Shown here: positions 1 through 10,809 of the stretch, in pieces
Numbering within the stretch: position 1 is the stretch's first letter
Layout of the letters: every line of letters starts with the position of its first letter
NCBI GenBank assembly: GCA_963666285.1
Contig: OY762711.1
Source of the DNA: Sedimentisphaerales bacterium
GTDB lineage: Bacteria > Planctomycetota > Phycisphaerae > Sedimentisphaerales > SM23-30
Direction: 5' to 3' (one strand)
DNA length: 64,000 nt
The notes under the pieces: generated by a model
Database searches by the model: none
Seen by the model: the letters and a program-made list of their open reading frames with translations, nothing else
Told to the model about the DNA's origin: nothing
Program-made: the position numbers and the translations under genes

Positions 1-348
1 CCCAAGGCTCTTTCTCAGCTCCAGCAACACCTGTTCACGTTCCCGAATAGTTTTTTCGTCCGCCTCCAGCCCTTCCCAATTCCGCAGGTCGATATCTCTC
101 TCGATTATCTCGATAGCTTTCTCTTTCACTTTTTTTTCAATATTCCCGGATTCCAGCTGTATCTTTGCTAACGGCAGCCAGAAACTACCGCAATATTCAG
201 ATTCCAGGTCTGCATCATCAGCAAATTCATCGATCAGTTTATCAACTGCCTCTTCAATACTCAGCCCTTCACTAATCAAATCCTCATACCAGTCACGCAC
301 ATCACATGCTGCATCATTTTCAAATATACCTGCACCCCAGGTTCCCAT
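1..348 (-). CDS. DUF4259-like protein, partial (3' end runs off the window start)
   Basis: Manual translation from ATG at 348: MGTWGAGIFENDAACD...; the MGxWGxGxFxND start is typical of DUF4259. Not in the ORF track. Confidence 0.65.
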   Translation of the reverse strand, partial: MGTWGAGIFENDAACDVRDWYEDLISEGLSIEEAVDKLIDEFADDADLESEYCGSFWLPLAKIQLESGNIEKKVKEKAIEIIERDIDLRNWEGLEADEKTIREREQVLLELRKSLG

Positions 349-713
349 AAACTATATTCCTTTCCATTTCCGCCAACCACTATACCTTCTAATTATTTTT
401 TTCGTGTCTTTCGTGAATTTTCGTGGTTAAGCATTTTTAGCCGCAGACGATTAAAAATAAGTTGTGAGCAACAGCGAATTATTCCTGATGTCAACGTACA
501 TCAGGACACCTTAATTTTTCATTTTTCACTATTCATTTTTCATTTAGCGAAGCTTGCCTCTCCTACTATCTTTCCTTCTATCTTCTAACTCTTTCCTCTT
601 CACTATCTTCATGAACTTCATGGTAAAAAACAAATATTAAAATATCCGTTTTTCCACACGAACCTGTCCGCCCAAAAACACAACAACACCACTTTTCGCC
701 CTTTCCCAGCCAA

Positions 714-1973
714 CTACTCTCTTCTCCTGCACACCATATCCAAAACAACTCCCGTTATCCAGCCCGGCATCAAACCGGCCCAAACTCCAAACGGCACTCC
801 CGCCAGCATCGGCATCAGAGTCATCTCTTTATGATAGACCATCAGGAAAGCATGCAGCAGCGTCGAACAGATAAGCCCCGTAATCGCGCCATAATATGTA
901 CTCCACGCTTCAATATGTTTATACTCACTTCTATATTTCAAACCGGCCATCTGCAATACAAATAAAGCACCCACAACACAACCAAAAACAATCCCGGCCG
1001 GATGGAAATTATCATATATCCCTTCTCTCACTATCTGCAGCCCGTAAATTCCCTCTGCCGCCGAACCCAAAAATCCGCCCGCAGCTGCACCAACCGCACC
1101 AACAACCAGCATAAGCGGAATACTTATCAAAATACTCCTCCTGTTCCGCCATACTATATATACTCCTCCAACCGCAGCGATAACGGCAAAACCATATACC
1201 GCCATATCATTATGATCCGGCTCCGGCAGTTCTTCCAAGCCCCAGCGCAGATACTTAGCTCTGGATGTCTTCACAACTTTCTCGCTGCCGTCACCCATCA
1301 TACAACATATCGTCCGGCCAACCCTGCCAACCATCTCATCATAACCGCCAACCTCCCCCCATTTATCATCATACATCGCCACACCTAGTACCATATCATC
1401 CGGCATAGCATCTCCCAGCTCAAGGGCCGCTGGATTCAAAACCATCGCATACATCTCTCTTATACCATATTCCTTCAACTTACCTTCCGGAAACAACTCT
1501 TCATACCACCCCTCCGCTGGCGGATAAGCTCCGTCATGCAATTCGGCATAATCTGTAAGCGACTTATACACTCCCTCAATATTCTCATTCGAAGGATAAT
1601 GACTCCATGACATAAACATATTATCAATCAACCCAAATATTCCCACCATGCCAACTATAAGAGTAAAAAGCAAAGCCGCTATTTTATTAAATGGTTTACC
1701 GTATTCTCCTAATAATACCTTCGCCTCTGCCTTCTCCAGCTTTTCTGTACAGGACTTTAGCTTAAATAAACAATATCCAGCCTGTAACGCCAGTAAAACC
1801 AGAAATAATACTGCGTTCATACCAATTGATACTGAAATCGCTATTACTAACACCAGCAAGGTTACAATCGAATGCACATACAAGCGAAACGCATATTTCA
1901 AACTCAAGGCTATTTCATTTACATCTACTTCGCCGCCGTCAGCTTCAACCTTATTTTCTATTTCTTCGGTCAT
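714..1973 (-). CDS. Hypothetical multi-pass membrane protein
   Basis: 419-aa ORF with several hydrophobic segments flanking a soluble domain. Confidence 0.7.
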   Translation of the reverse strand: MTEEIENKVEADGGEVDVNEIALSLKYAFRLYVHSIVTLLVLVIAISVSIGMNAVLFLVLLALQAGYCLFKLKSCTEKLEKAEAKVLLGEYGKPFNKIAALLFTLIVGMVGIFGLIDNMFMSWSHYPSNENIEGVYKSLTDYAELHDGAYPPAEGWYEELFPEGKLKEYGIREMYAMVLNPAALELGDAMPDDMVLGVAMYDDKWGEVGGYDEMVGRVGRTICCMMGDGSEKVVKTSRAKYLRWGLEELPEPDHNDMAVYGFAVIAAVGGVYIVWRNRRSILISIPLMLVVGAVGAAAGGFLGSAAEGIYGLQIVREGIYDNFHPAGIVFGCVVGALFVLQMAGLKYRSEYKHIEAWSTYYGAITGLICSTLLHAFLMVYHKEMTLMPMLAGVPFGVWAGLMPGWITGVVLDMVCRRRE

Positions 1974-2016
1974 AATTTATTAACACCATTCCATTCTGTC
2001 CATCTCGTCCATAAAG

Positions 2017-2733
2017 TCAATCTTTCACCACCTCATCTTTCAATCCCAGATTACCACACCCATTATCCATCAACGACCATTTATACAAGCCATAACAGGC
2101 ATTCAGCAAAAATACTGACCACATTGTTGTCATTATCCAATCTCCCGCCAGAACCCACATAACTACAGTAACAATATCAACAACAATCCACAATATCCAT
2201 TGCTCGCGATATCGAAATACCATCAGCGCATTTGCGATCACTGATAATATTGTACTCGTACTGTCAAGCCAGGTAGCGTTTCCCTTAAGTTCTGACAAAA
2301 TAACCTGATAACCAGATACAAAAATTCCTGAGATTACCAGGTAAATACATATTTGAGACATACTCATTTTTTTACATCTTACACTGTTTGATGATTCATT
2401 ATAATTACGGCTCCATATAAATAAACCTATAAATTGCGTTGGCAGATAGTACAAGGCATTCAGCATAACTTCACCGTAATACCTGTTCAGCCACGCAATA
2501 ATTATATATCCGAATATATTGAAAAAGCCCCAGTAATATTGCGACTTCCTGCCGGCAGCACAAAGCACAACACATACTATTCCGCAAACTGCCGCTATTG
2601 AACTGACAAGAATATACCACCATGGATTTACCTTATCAATTGCCGCAAAATATACAGTAAATATAACTACAGCTAATATTTCAAACCATTGAAACGGAGT
2701 AAAATAGCTTCTTATCCTGTCAAATACCCTCAT
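2017..2733 (-). CDS. pnuC: PnuC-family (nicotinamide riboside) transporter
   Basis: Hydrophobic; WLDSTSTILS..ANALM...REQWILWIVVD motifs; overlaps nadR. Confidence 0.85.
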   Translation of the reverse strand: MRVFDRIRSYFTPFQWFEILAVVIFTVYFAAIDKVNPWWYILVSSIAAVCGIVCVVLCAAGRKSQYYWGFFNIFGYIIIAWLNRYYGEVMLNALYYLPTQFIGLFIWSRNYNESSNSVRCKKMSMSQICIYLVISGIFVSGYQVILSELKGNATWLDSTSTILSVIANALMVFRYREQWILWIVVDIVTVVMWVLAGDWIMTTMWSVFLLNACYGLYKWSLMDNGCGNLGLKDEVVKD

Positions 2734-3748
2734 TACAACTAGCCTTTTTAAACAATCGGTCTATCTTACAAACTGCTGATTTAAAACGGTTATGATAATC
2801 ACCGTCAATACATTCAAACTCGAACCCATATCTACTATAGATCTCTTTAATTGCATTACTGTATTTCTCCCTGTCAGCTGCAATGACTTCGCTCCGGTCA
2901 CCATCCTGAATAAACGCAACATCAGGCTCTAGAAACAAAATTAAATCATAATTATTGTGTTTTGAAATTACTCTGGCAAGCTCAGCGTTTTTTTTCTTAT
3001 TCTTATCTTCCAGAAAATCAATATAAAATAAGGTTGTCAGACAATCGGTATCTTCAAACAAGACACGGTTACTGCTTTTTAAAGCTTCTAATTGCCTGAT
3101 CTTATGCTGATAAAGAATATCTGCAAAATCTTCCGGGACCATCATTAGGTCAGTCCCCGATCGTGCAGAAATCTCTCGCCCAACTTCCTCAACATAGTTC
3201 GTATTATAATAATTTGCCAGGTTAACAGTAAGAGTTGATTTGCCGGAACTTTCGCCTCCGATAAGTAAAACTTTTTTAACATAGTAAGGTTTTACGATAT
3301 TAGGTAGATTGTCCCAGTTACCGTAAACATCTTCCCTTATCTCTGTTGATGAAACATTATCTCGTTCAATTATTACATGGTCTGCATCCGGATAACATTT
3401 CGACCAGAAACTGTTATTACCATAATCACTTCCACAGAATACAGCATCGATTTTTTCACCTGCAAAAAACTTCACTTTCTCGGCATCATCCAGCCAGCAG
3501 TTCTCATCATATTCATCTTTACTTTTCGCCTCATCTCGCAAAATGAATATTCTGACATTCCCGATATGCCTGGTAAGCTGATATATCCAGCGATACCTGA
3601 CCCTGACATCGATCTCTTCCCTGTTAACACCTTCGCTGATTACTATTAACAGGCATTTACATTGATTCGCTGCCTCAATAATACAGCGGACATGTCCCAT
3701 ATGAAGTGGATTAAAACTACCACCAAACATTCCACATTTATACTTCAT
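2720..3748 (-). CDS. nadR: NadR-type NMN adenylyltransferase / ribosylnicotinamide kinase (no HTH)
   Basis: GSFNPLHMGH (HxGH), VSSTEIR, Walker A GGESSGKST, QDGDR; adjacent to pnuC. Confidence 0.85.
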   Translation of the reverse strand: MKYKCGMFGGSFNPLHMGHVRCIIEAANQCKCLLIVISEGVNREEIDVRVRYRWIYQLTRHIGNVRIFILRDEAKSKDEYDENCWLDDAEKVKFFAGEKIDAVFCGSDYGNNSFWSKCYPDADHVIIERDNVSSTEIREDVYGNWDNLPNIVKPYYVKKVLLIGGESSGKSTLTVNLANYYNTNYVEEVGREISARSGTDLMMVPEDFADILYQHKIRQLEALKSSNRVLFEDTDCLTTLFYIDFLEDKNKKKNAELARVISKHNNYDLILFLEPDVAFIQDGDRSEVIAADREKYSNAIKEIYSRYGFEFECIDGDYHNRFKSAVCKIDRLFKKASCNEGI

Positions 3749-4125
3749 TTATACTCCACATCTTAAACCTGACATATAATTAAATCCGCTCGCCGCTCCG
3801 CTGCATATTTTACCTGATAGTCACTGACTATTCAATACAGCCTTCTTTTCTTCGAATCTGGATAACCTGTGCAAATTTATCATTTATTTCGCGAGCTGTA
3901 ACGAGCCTTCTAAATATTATCCGTGTGCATCGGTATTCATAGGTGGTTCTCTTTTTTTGAATTTTGAATTCTTAATTTTGAATTAATTATAATCTGTGGA
4001 CAAATAAATCACCATTCCCAATTCTACCATCAACTCTAATATAATCCAAATCCAAAATTCGTGTCCTTTCGCTCCATTCTTCCCTCTTACCTCTTACTTT
4101 TTACCTGTATCCGCTTCCCCCCTCC

Positions 4126-4216
4126 CCTTATGCCTTATCCCCTATCTCTTATCCCTTATCCCTTATGCCTTATGCCTTATCCCTTATCCCTTATCCCATA
4201 TCCCTTATCTCTTATG
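4126..4216. repeat. Heptamer tandem array (CCTTATS)x13
   Basis: 13 units of ccttatc/ccttatg and variants read directly; shorter copies near 31952-31980 and 50723-50750. Confidence 0.9.
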
Positions 4217-4221
4217 CCTCT

Positions 4222-4246
4222 CAAACTGACCATCGGTCAGTTTGAA
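4222..4246. repeat. Short palindromic repeat TCAAACTGACC-ATC-GGTCAGTTTGA
   Basis: Variants at 31985-32009, 44969-44993, 56232-56256 and 10692-10720. Confidence 0.8.
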
Positions 4247-4469
4247 TTAATAATTTATTGTGGCCTCCTCCAACCTTTCCCGCTATCATAAATCCTGCTA
4301 TGGCATTTTATCTCAACAAGACCCAACACAACCAACTTACCGCGCCAGCCTTTAAAATAAGGTTCTGTACCGTACGGTGCTGGACACCTTCTTTACATTT
4401 TTTATTTTACACTTTACCCTTTTCAAACTCATCCCAAAATCATAACAAAACAAAACATCTTATCGCTAT

Positions 4470-5195
4470 ATGACCACCCAACCAAACAACCATTATGAAC
4501 AAGCCTTCCAGGCATACCTCGACTCACGCGAGCAGCCCTACGTAACTATCTCACAGGCTCGCAAAGCCATCATCCACGGCACAGCCCAAAAGAGTTTCGA
4601 CTTCATCGTTCACAAACCCAATGGCACCGCGATGCTCATTGATATCAAGGGCAGAAAGTTAAAATTTTCTTACTTCAAAAATGACAGACCTGGCCAAAAC
4701 TGGGTCACCTCCGACGACGTTGACTCCATGCTCAAGTGGCAAGCCCACTTTGGCGAAACCCACTTCCCGCTGTTTATTTTCGCATACTGGATTTTCGACA
4801 TCCACTCTCCGTACTATTTTTCGCTCACGCGCCGGACCCTTCCGGACCCGCCCCGGAACACACCGCGATCATCCACTCACCCTCCATTCGCCGCCGTTCC
4901 ACGCCGTTTTAAACGCCAACGATTCGCCCTTCCGTCACCCCTCCGTTTACCGCCGCACTACCGCCTCATTACCCCGCTTTCGGTCCCCGCTGCCTGCAAA
5001 CAGATTGTCAACCCGCAACCCCCTTCTTCTGACAGCTGCTTCATGCACAACTCCAGGTTATACTGGTTCGTCGCCATAAACGTCTCCGACTACCAGGCAC
5101 TCATGACCACCCGCAGCCCAAAATGGCATACAGTAAACCTGCCCGCCCATAAATTCCGACTGCTCTGCAAACCATTTCACCACTTTTTATCTTAG
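4470..5195 (+). CDS. HYExAFE-family protein (PD-(D/E)xK nuclease-like) with a Pro-rich insert
   Basis: NHYEQAFQAYL, KSFDFIV, LIDIKGRK, NWVTSDDV motifs. Confidence 0.8.
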   Translation: MTTQPNNHYEQAFQAYLDSREQPYVTISQARKAIIHGTAQKSFDFIVHKPNGTAMLIDIKGRKLKFSYFKNDRPGQNWVTSDDVDSMLKWQAHFGETHFPLFIFAYWIFDIHSPYYFSLTRRTLPDPPRNTPRSSTHPPFAAVPRRFKRQRFALPSPLRLPPHYRLITPLSVPAACKQIVNPQPPSSDSCFMHNSRLYWFVAINVSDYQALMTTRSPKWHTVNLPAHKFRLLCKPFHHFLS

Positions 5196-5356
5196 ACAAA
5201 ACCAGTCAAAACGGATAATATATAGTCCGATGAACAAGCATGTTCCTCTTTGGTAATTATGGCATAAGTATCTTTAGATTAGGTTGTTATATATTGCTGC
5301 TTTTTATAATTCAGCATTCATAATTTATTTTTTATATTAACTCATCATTTGTACTT

Positions 5357-6076
5357 TTGAATATGGACTTCGACTTAAATACTGTTATCCTGGGACTCGT
5401 CTGGTACGCGGTCTTCCTCATATCCGCTATCGCACACGAAGCGGCACACGCTCTCGCAGCCTTCAAGCTCGGCGACCGCACCGCCTACCACGGCGGACAG
5501 GTCTCACTCGACCCCATACCGCACATGCGACAGGAACCGCTAGGCATGATACTATTCCCGATAGTATCCTTCTTCCTCAACGGTTGGATGTTTGGCTGGG
5601 CCAGCTGCCCGTACGACCCTTATTGGGCCGCCCGTAACCCTAAAAAATCCGGCATAATGTCAATTGCCGGACCTGCTGCGAACCTGATATTAATGCTTGC
5701 AGCACTTATATTTATAAAAATCATGATTGCCGTCGGACTCTTTGTTCCACCAGATACCATAAGATTCCCGCTCATCGCTCAGGCTGCCCAACCCGGATTT
5801 ACCCATGCCCTTGCAATGTTCTCCGGCATCACCTTCGGACTAAATCTGCTATTGCTGCTGTTCAACCTGCTGCCGCTGCCGCCTCTTGATGGCTTCGGCG
5901 CACTTGCACTTGTACTTGACGAAAGAACTTATAACAATTTCAAACAGAAACTATACCAGACTCCAGGCGTATCGCTAATCGGATTTATTATCGCCTGGCA
6001 TATTTTCCCGTTTTTTTTCGACCCTATATACAACATCGCTATAAAGATCTTATATCCTGGATATATATACAGTTAA
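5357..6076 (+). CDS. Site-2 protease (M50 family)
   Basis: HEAAH zinc motif, AGPAAN, FNLLPLPPLDG. Confidence 0.9.
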   Translation: MNMDFDLNTVILGLVWYAVFLISAIAHEAAHALAAFKLGDRTAYHGGQVSLDPIPHMRQEPLGMILFPIVSFFLNGWMFGWASCPYDPYWAARNPKKSGIMSIAGPAANLILMLAALIFIKIMIAVGLFVPPDTIRFPLIAQAAQPGFTHALAMFSGITFGLNLLLLLFNLLPLPPLDGFGALALVLDERTYNNFKQKLYQTPGVSLIGFIIAWHIFPFFFDPIYNIAIKILYPGYIYS

Positions 6077-6107
6077 GTAACTTTCCGAACATATACGGAG
6101 CAATAAT

Positions 6108-6527
6108 ATGACCCCAAAATACATCATCGCTCTTCAATGTCATATCGTTAAAGAACGCTGCAGCGGATACCTGTGCGAAGAGTCTTTCTATAACCGCCAG
6201 GGCGGTTTCTCCGGCTACCCCAAAGATGCCGATATCCGATACCTCAGCTTCACCTGCGGCGGATGTTGCGGCAGAGCGACCCTCCGTAAACTCGCTAACG
6301 CATTGAAACTGCTGAAGAAACGGGCCGACATAGACTCAGCCGAGGTCGTTCTCCACTACTCCAGCTGTATGTGCCGCGAAAGCTTTCACGGGCCAAAATG
6401 CCCACACTTTGACTATATCCAGGAACTGGTTAGTAGAAAAGAACTTACAACCGTTGAAGGAACCCAGATCAGCGACAAGACTTCCTCACGACTCGACGAA
6501 AACGGCAAATGGCATAAACCAGAATGA
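6108..6527 (+). CDS. CGGC-domain protein
   Basis: TCGGCCG plus additional conserved Cys and His. Confidence 0.85.
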   Translation: MTPKYIIALQCHIVKERCSGYLCEESFYNRQGGFSGYPKDADIRYLSFTCGGCCGRATLRKLANALKLLKKRADIDSAEVVLHYSSCMCRESFHGPKCPHFDYIQELVSRKELTTVEGTQISDKTSSRLDENGKWHKPE

Positions 6528-6587
6528 CATAAATAGTAGCAATAGTTACATAATTGAGAATACGTAATAACGATACTTAGTTAGAAT

Positions 6588-7610
6588 ATGCTATACAATC
6601 CTCCATATAAAATCACTCCAAATATACTTCACTTAGTTGAACAAATCGGGGAAGCTCTTGGGCGATATTCAATACTTGCAGGAGACCAAGATCTAAAGCT
6701 TAGAAGGATTAAACGCATTCAAACCCTTCAAGGTTCACTGGCTATTGAAGGTAACACTCTGTCAGAAGAGCAGATAAGTACGATACTTGACGGGAAAACA
6801 ATTATTGCTCCTCCCAGGGAAATACAAGAAGTAAAAAATGCCATTAAAGCATATGATCAATATCAAAAATGGAATCCTTCAAGTCAGGTTGATTTATTAT
6901 TCGCTCATAAACTGTTAACTGAAGCACTCTTAGATAGACCAGGGTATTATCGAAGCTCTAACGTTGGGGTGGCTGGTCCAACTGAGGTAATTCATATTGC
7001 CCCCCCTGCCGATAAAGTCCCTCAACTTATGAACAACCTGCTTAATTGGCTTGATTCAACTAATGAACATCCACTTATCAGCAGTTGTGTTTTTCATTAT
7101 GAATTCGAATTCATCCACCCTTTTGATGATGGCAATGGCCGCGTCGGGAGATTATGGCAAACTCTAATCCTTACTAAATGGAATCAGCTTTTTGCATCGA
7201 TCCCTATTGAAAGCATGATATACTTACATCAAAGTGAATATTATGATGCAATCGCACAAAGCTCTAAGGATGGTCAAAGTACTGTATTTATTGAATTTAT
7301 GCTTAAAATTATTCTTATGGAAATCAAAAAGTCTTCAAGTACTTCCGACCCAGTTAGCGCCCCAGTTAGCGCCCCAGTAAATTTACTCCTAAAATTACTT
7401 TTTAAACATAAAGATCAACAATTTAGCCCTTCGCTATTAATGAAAAAATTGGGATTATCACACAGGCCGACTTTTCGTAAAAACTATTTATATCCTGCTT
7501 TAGAGCTAAACCTTATAGAAATGACCATTCCGGAAAAACCAAGCAGCAGGAACCAAAAATATCAACTTACCAATAAAGGTAAAGCTTACATTAGTTCCAA
7601 TGCAAAATAG
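6588..7610 (+). CDS. Fic-family protein with C-terminal winged helix
   Basis: HPFDDGNGRVGR Fic motif; N-terminal inhibitory-type SLAIEGN motif. Confidence 0.9.
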   Translation: MLYNPPYKITPNILHLVEQIGEALGRYSILAGDQDLKLRRIKRIQTLQGSLAIEGNTLSEEQISTILDGKTIIAPPREIQEVKNAIKAYDQYQKWNPSSQVDLLFAHKLLTEALLDRPGYYRSSNVGVAGPTEVIHIAPPADKVPQLMNNLLNWLDSTNEHPLISSCVFHYEFEFIHPFDDGNGRVGRLWQTLILTKWNQLFASIPIESMIYLHQSEYYDAIAQSSKDGQSTVFIEFMLKIILMEIKKSSSTSDPVSAPVSAPVNLLLKLLFKHKDQQFSPSLLMKKLGLSHRPTFRKNYLYPALELNLIEMTIPEKPSSRNQKYQLTNKGKAYISSNAK

Positions 7611-7680
7611 CTCTCAATTTAAGCAAAACAGCAAATGGCATAAACCCCTATAGTAACCTACCTCCCGGCTGTCTGTGCAA

Positions 7681-8589
7681 TTACTCTCTTACCAGGTAAA
7701 TACTTGATACAAAACCATTTATGTTTTTATCAGTTGACCATACCAGTTTCTTGTCACGGGTTATCTCCACTACCGCCCCACCTGATGATCCGCCGTGGCC
7801 GCCCCAATTGCAAACCATTATATTGCCATTACTTAAAATAGCAAAGTCAGCTATAAAACCAAACGTAACCCCTTCAATATCATTCTGACCAACTTCCCAG
7901 ACTATATTATTATCCTTATCTACTTCAATCAGCCGATGCTCATCACCACAGGCTATCATGGTATTACCATTTTCAAGCCTCTCGCATGCAAACCGACCTG
8001 CCGGAAATGTACGCATCAATGTACCGTCAGAACTATACTCACGTGATTTGCCGCCATTTTTCTGTTGAGATGTCAGGTAAGTACCAGCAACTGTCTTGCG
8101 TACCTGTCGAAAAGAGGTGTGCGCTCCCTTTTGCCCTTCAACTTCTATCTTCTTGTATTCATTACCTTTAGAGTCTATCTCTACCAGATAAGAACCTTCA
8201 TTCGAGGAGTAACCTACCAGGAATCTATCCTCACCTATAGGCTGGCACGCATGACATTCTGATCCTGTCGGAGATTTTACCTCCCAGATTATTTCTGCAC
8301 CAACACCCAAAGCGTAGTTTGGTCGTACCTCGCGGATACCATTTTTTCTGGAATAGACAATATTACCACTTTCCAGCAGCCAGATATCTGACACCTCATG
8401 CTTTTCTTCCATCTGCCAGATTACCCGGCTTTCGCCATCTATCAGCATCACACTGCCAAAGTTACAACCACTAATAAATATTCGACGCTCCGGTTCAGCA
8501 GCTAAAACACCAGATACTGTCGCCAGTATAACTAAACACAAAACTATTACTCGAAGTACTAAATTGCTCATCATAATATCTTTATTCAC
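7681..8589 (-). CDS. Secreted beta-propeller-like protein
   Basis: Signal peptide; repeated L.NGN...EVD...IVW units. Confidence 0.65.
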   Translation of the reverse strand: MNKDIMMSNLVLRVIVLCLVILATVSGVLAAEPERRIFISGCNFGSVMLIDGESRVIWQMEEKHEVSDIWLLESGNIVYSRKNGIREVRPNYALGVGAEIIWEVKSPTGSECHACQPIGEDRFLVGYSSNEGSYLVEIDSKGNEYKKIEVEGQKGAHTSFRQVRKTVAGTYLTSQQKNGGKSREYSSDGTLMRTFPAGRFACERLENGNTMIACGDEHRLIEVDKDNNIVWEVGQNDIEGVTFGFIADFAILSNGNIMVCNWGGHGGSSGGAVVEITRDKKLVWSTDKNINGFVSSIYLVRE

Positions 8590-8667
8590 AAGGCATTAAA
8601 TTGAATTTGGAAAACTCATTAGTCTTTATAAATTTCAAGCATATTGTACTGTTGCTAACACAGTATA

Positions 8668-9153
8668 TTACTCTTCCTTTATCCCAAATACTTTCATCCA
8701 GTATTTGGTTTCAGCCGGCGTCAAACCCTGGAACTTCTGCTCCGCGTCACGCGGAGCCGGGGCCGGACGATCATAACGCCTTACCATCTCCGCTAGGTAT
8801 TCATGGCTGGTTAGCGATATCGCCTTTCGCCTTTTTGCCGCTGCTCGCACCCGACGGTCACTGCTGACAACTGTCAAACGCTTAGGTGCAGAGTCATGGT
8901 CAAGAATATCTTCAATCAAGGTATCGGCATCTGTATCATAATCGCCACTGTAATATATACTTAGACCGCCTAGCTGAACTATATCCTCACGTCCGCGAGG
9001 ACGGATCCCATCAAAGATCATCTTGCCCGGCTGCTTGATATAATGCAGGTCTCCGGCAATATATTCACACAAACTCATTACAGTAATATCTGACCACTGT
9101 TCAAGTGCCTTTCTTGCTGCGTGATATATATTGTAACCGTCAAATATATACAT
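8668..9153 (-). CDS. NYN (YacP/Rae1-like PIN-fold) domain protein
   Basis: IFDGYN, IFDG, DADTLIE, VVSSDR acidic motifs; start adjusted to the ATG at 9153. Confidence 0.8.
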   Translation of the reverse strand: MYIFDGYNIYHAARKALEQWSDITVMSLCEYIAGDLHYIKQPGKMIFDGIRPRGREDIVQLGGLSIYYSGDYDTDADTLIEDILDHDSAPKRLTVVSSDRRVRAAAKRRKAISLTSHEYLAEMVRRYDRPAPAPRDAEQKFQGLTPAETKYWMKVFGIKEE

Positions 9154-9350
9154 TATCAAAAATAAATCCGGCATAAATATCCGGATTTGCAATAATCAAA
9201 TTTCAATTTATGATGATATAAAATATTGTAAATAAATGCATTACATAACAAAACAATAATTTTATCAGGGAAAATAACTGGAATTGGAAGGTTTTTACCA
9301 TCTATTAATAGTTTCGGCACAAAACCAATCCAGCTTTACTGGATTTTTCA

Positions 9351-10310
9351 TTATTCCAGCTCAATCCTGGCATCAACCAGGGCATATGCCATATCAACAA
9401 TCAGATTAAAGATTATGATTACACTGGAAAACATCAATACTGTCGCCAGTATCATCGCCCGGTCGCGGTTTTGAACACTGTTTACAAAGTGCTGGCCAAT
9501 ACCGGGAATGTTGTAAATGCTTTCTACAACGAAAGATCCCATCATTATCGCTGCCAGTGCCGGACCAAGGTAACTCAAGACCGGCAAAAATGCGTTCTTC
9601 AACGCATGCTTCCAGATTACTTGACGCTCACTTATTCCTTTCGCGCGAGCTGTACGAATATAATCACTGCCCATTACATCCATCATCCCCAGCCGAGTCA
9701 GCCTGGCAATATAAGCCATAAAAGGAAGCGACAGAGTCAACGCCGGCAGCCATATCTGACTTATCATTCCCCAGCCGCCGACCGGAAACCACTCCAGCCA
9801 TATCGTAAAAACTATAAGTAATGATATACCAACAACAAACGACGGTAGAGAGATACCTATCAAAGATAGGCCAAGTGTAGCGTAATCAATTGTACTACCC
9901 CGCTTTATCGCACTTATTACACCCGCCGGGATACCGACCGCGCACGCTATCAGCATCGCCACCAGTCCCAGACATACCGACACCGGCAGCGAAGATGCTA
10001 TTATCTGGTTACAGGTCCAATCGCGATATTGCCAGGACGGTCCAAGATCTATCAATGGACCTTCGCCCTTGATCGCTTTTACCGGTTGGAACAATCCGGA
10101 AAGGTAGCTGAAATAAAATGTTACGTTATCATCAGCTTTATACTTGGCCATAATGGCACGCGAAGAAGCCTCGTCTGCACTTCGCTCGCCTGACTGAAAA
10201 GGGTTGCCCGGCACTGTAACTACCATCAGAAAGGTAATTGTATAGATTGCCCAGAGCAAAACCGGGAAAAACAATAATCTTTTAGCCACGTATTTCAGCA
10301 TGGCAAACAT
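9351..10310 (-). CDS. oppB: Oligopeptide ABC transporter permease
   Basis: ARLTR...DYIRTARAKG (EAA loop), HALKNA, VESIYNIPGIG. Confidence 0.85.
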   Translation of the reverse strand: MFAMLKYVAKRLLFFPVLLWAIYTITFLMVVTVPGNPFQSGERSADEASSRAIMAKYKADDNVTFYFSYLSGLFQPVKAIKGEGPLIDLGPSWQYRDWTCNQIIASSLPVSVCLGLVAMLIACAVGIPAGVISAIKRGSTIDYATLGLSLIGISLPSFVVGISLLIVFTIWLEWFPVGGWGMISQIWLPALTLSLPFMAYIARLTRLGMMDVMGSDYIRTARAKGISERQVIWKHALKNAFLPVLSYLGPALAAIMMGSFVVESIYNIPGIGQHFVNSVQNRDRAMILATVLMFSSVIIIFNLIVDMAYALVDARIELE

Positions 10311-10809
10311 TATAATGCAGACACAACAAATTCACAACTCTTATCATCAAGACCTAACTGCACTTAGATATTTTTTTCATAAAAATATCAAATAATCAGT
10401 GGTCGATCTGACAAATGACCAGTAAAATTAATTAGTTATAATCGCAAAGCATCTTCTTTTTGCCTGATTTTAGAAGATGCTGTATCTGCACGTGCCTGGT
10501 CATTCACCCCTGATTCTATTTATTGAATTATTTTGCGCAAACATTATGCGATTCTATATTATCGACCAGTAAACTTATGCAGAAAGCCAGCCAAACATTA
10601 CCAGGCAATTTTGAGGTCTTAACAATATAAAGTTCTTATATAAGCAGCTTTATGGAAGAAAAGGTTTTATGAAAGAAAAGGTTTAGCACATTCTCAAACT
10701 GGTCCAGGACCAGTTTGAGATATTATATAAAAACATACATAGCTGTCAGATTTATCTATAAACTTCTGCAAACGAGGTTTACGTTGTGAGGAGCCCCGCT
10801 GCGTGAAAC

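Noticed and set aside
4061..4291. ORF with PYPLSL repeats; possible CRISPR-like array
   Set aside because: It is a translation of the heptamer tandem repeat. There are no spacers and no cas genes anywhere in the window.
7349..7378. 12-bp tandem repeat in the Fic gene (PVSA)
   Set aside because: Ordinary linker repeat before the Fic C-terminal HTH.
10692..10720. FadR/GntR operator (AACTGGTC..GACCAGTT)
   Set aside because: Spacing differs from the usual site, and it is better explained as a variant of the CAAACTG palindromic repeat.
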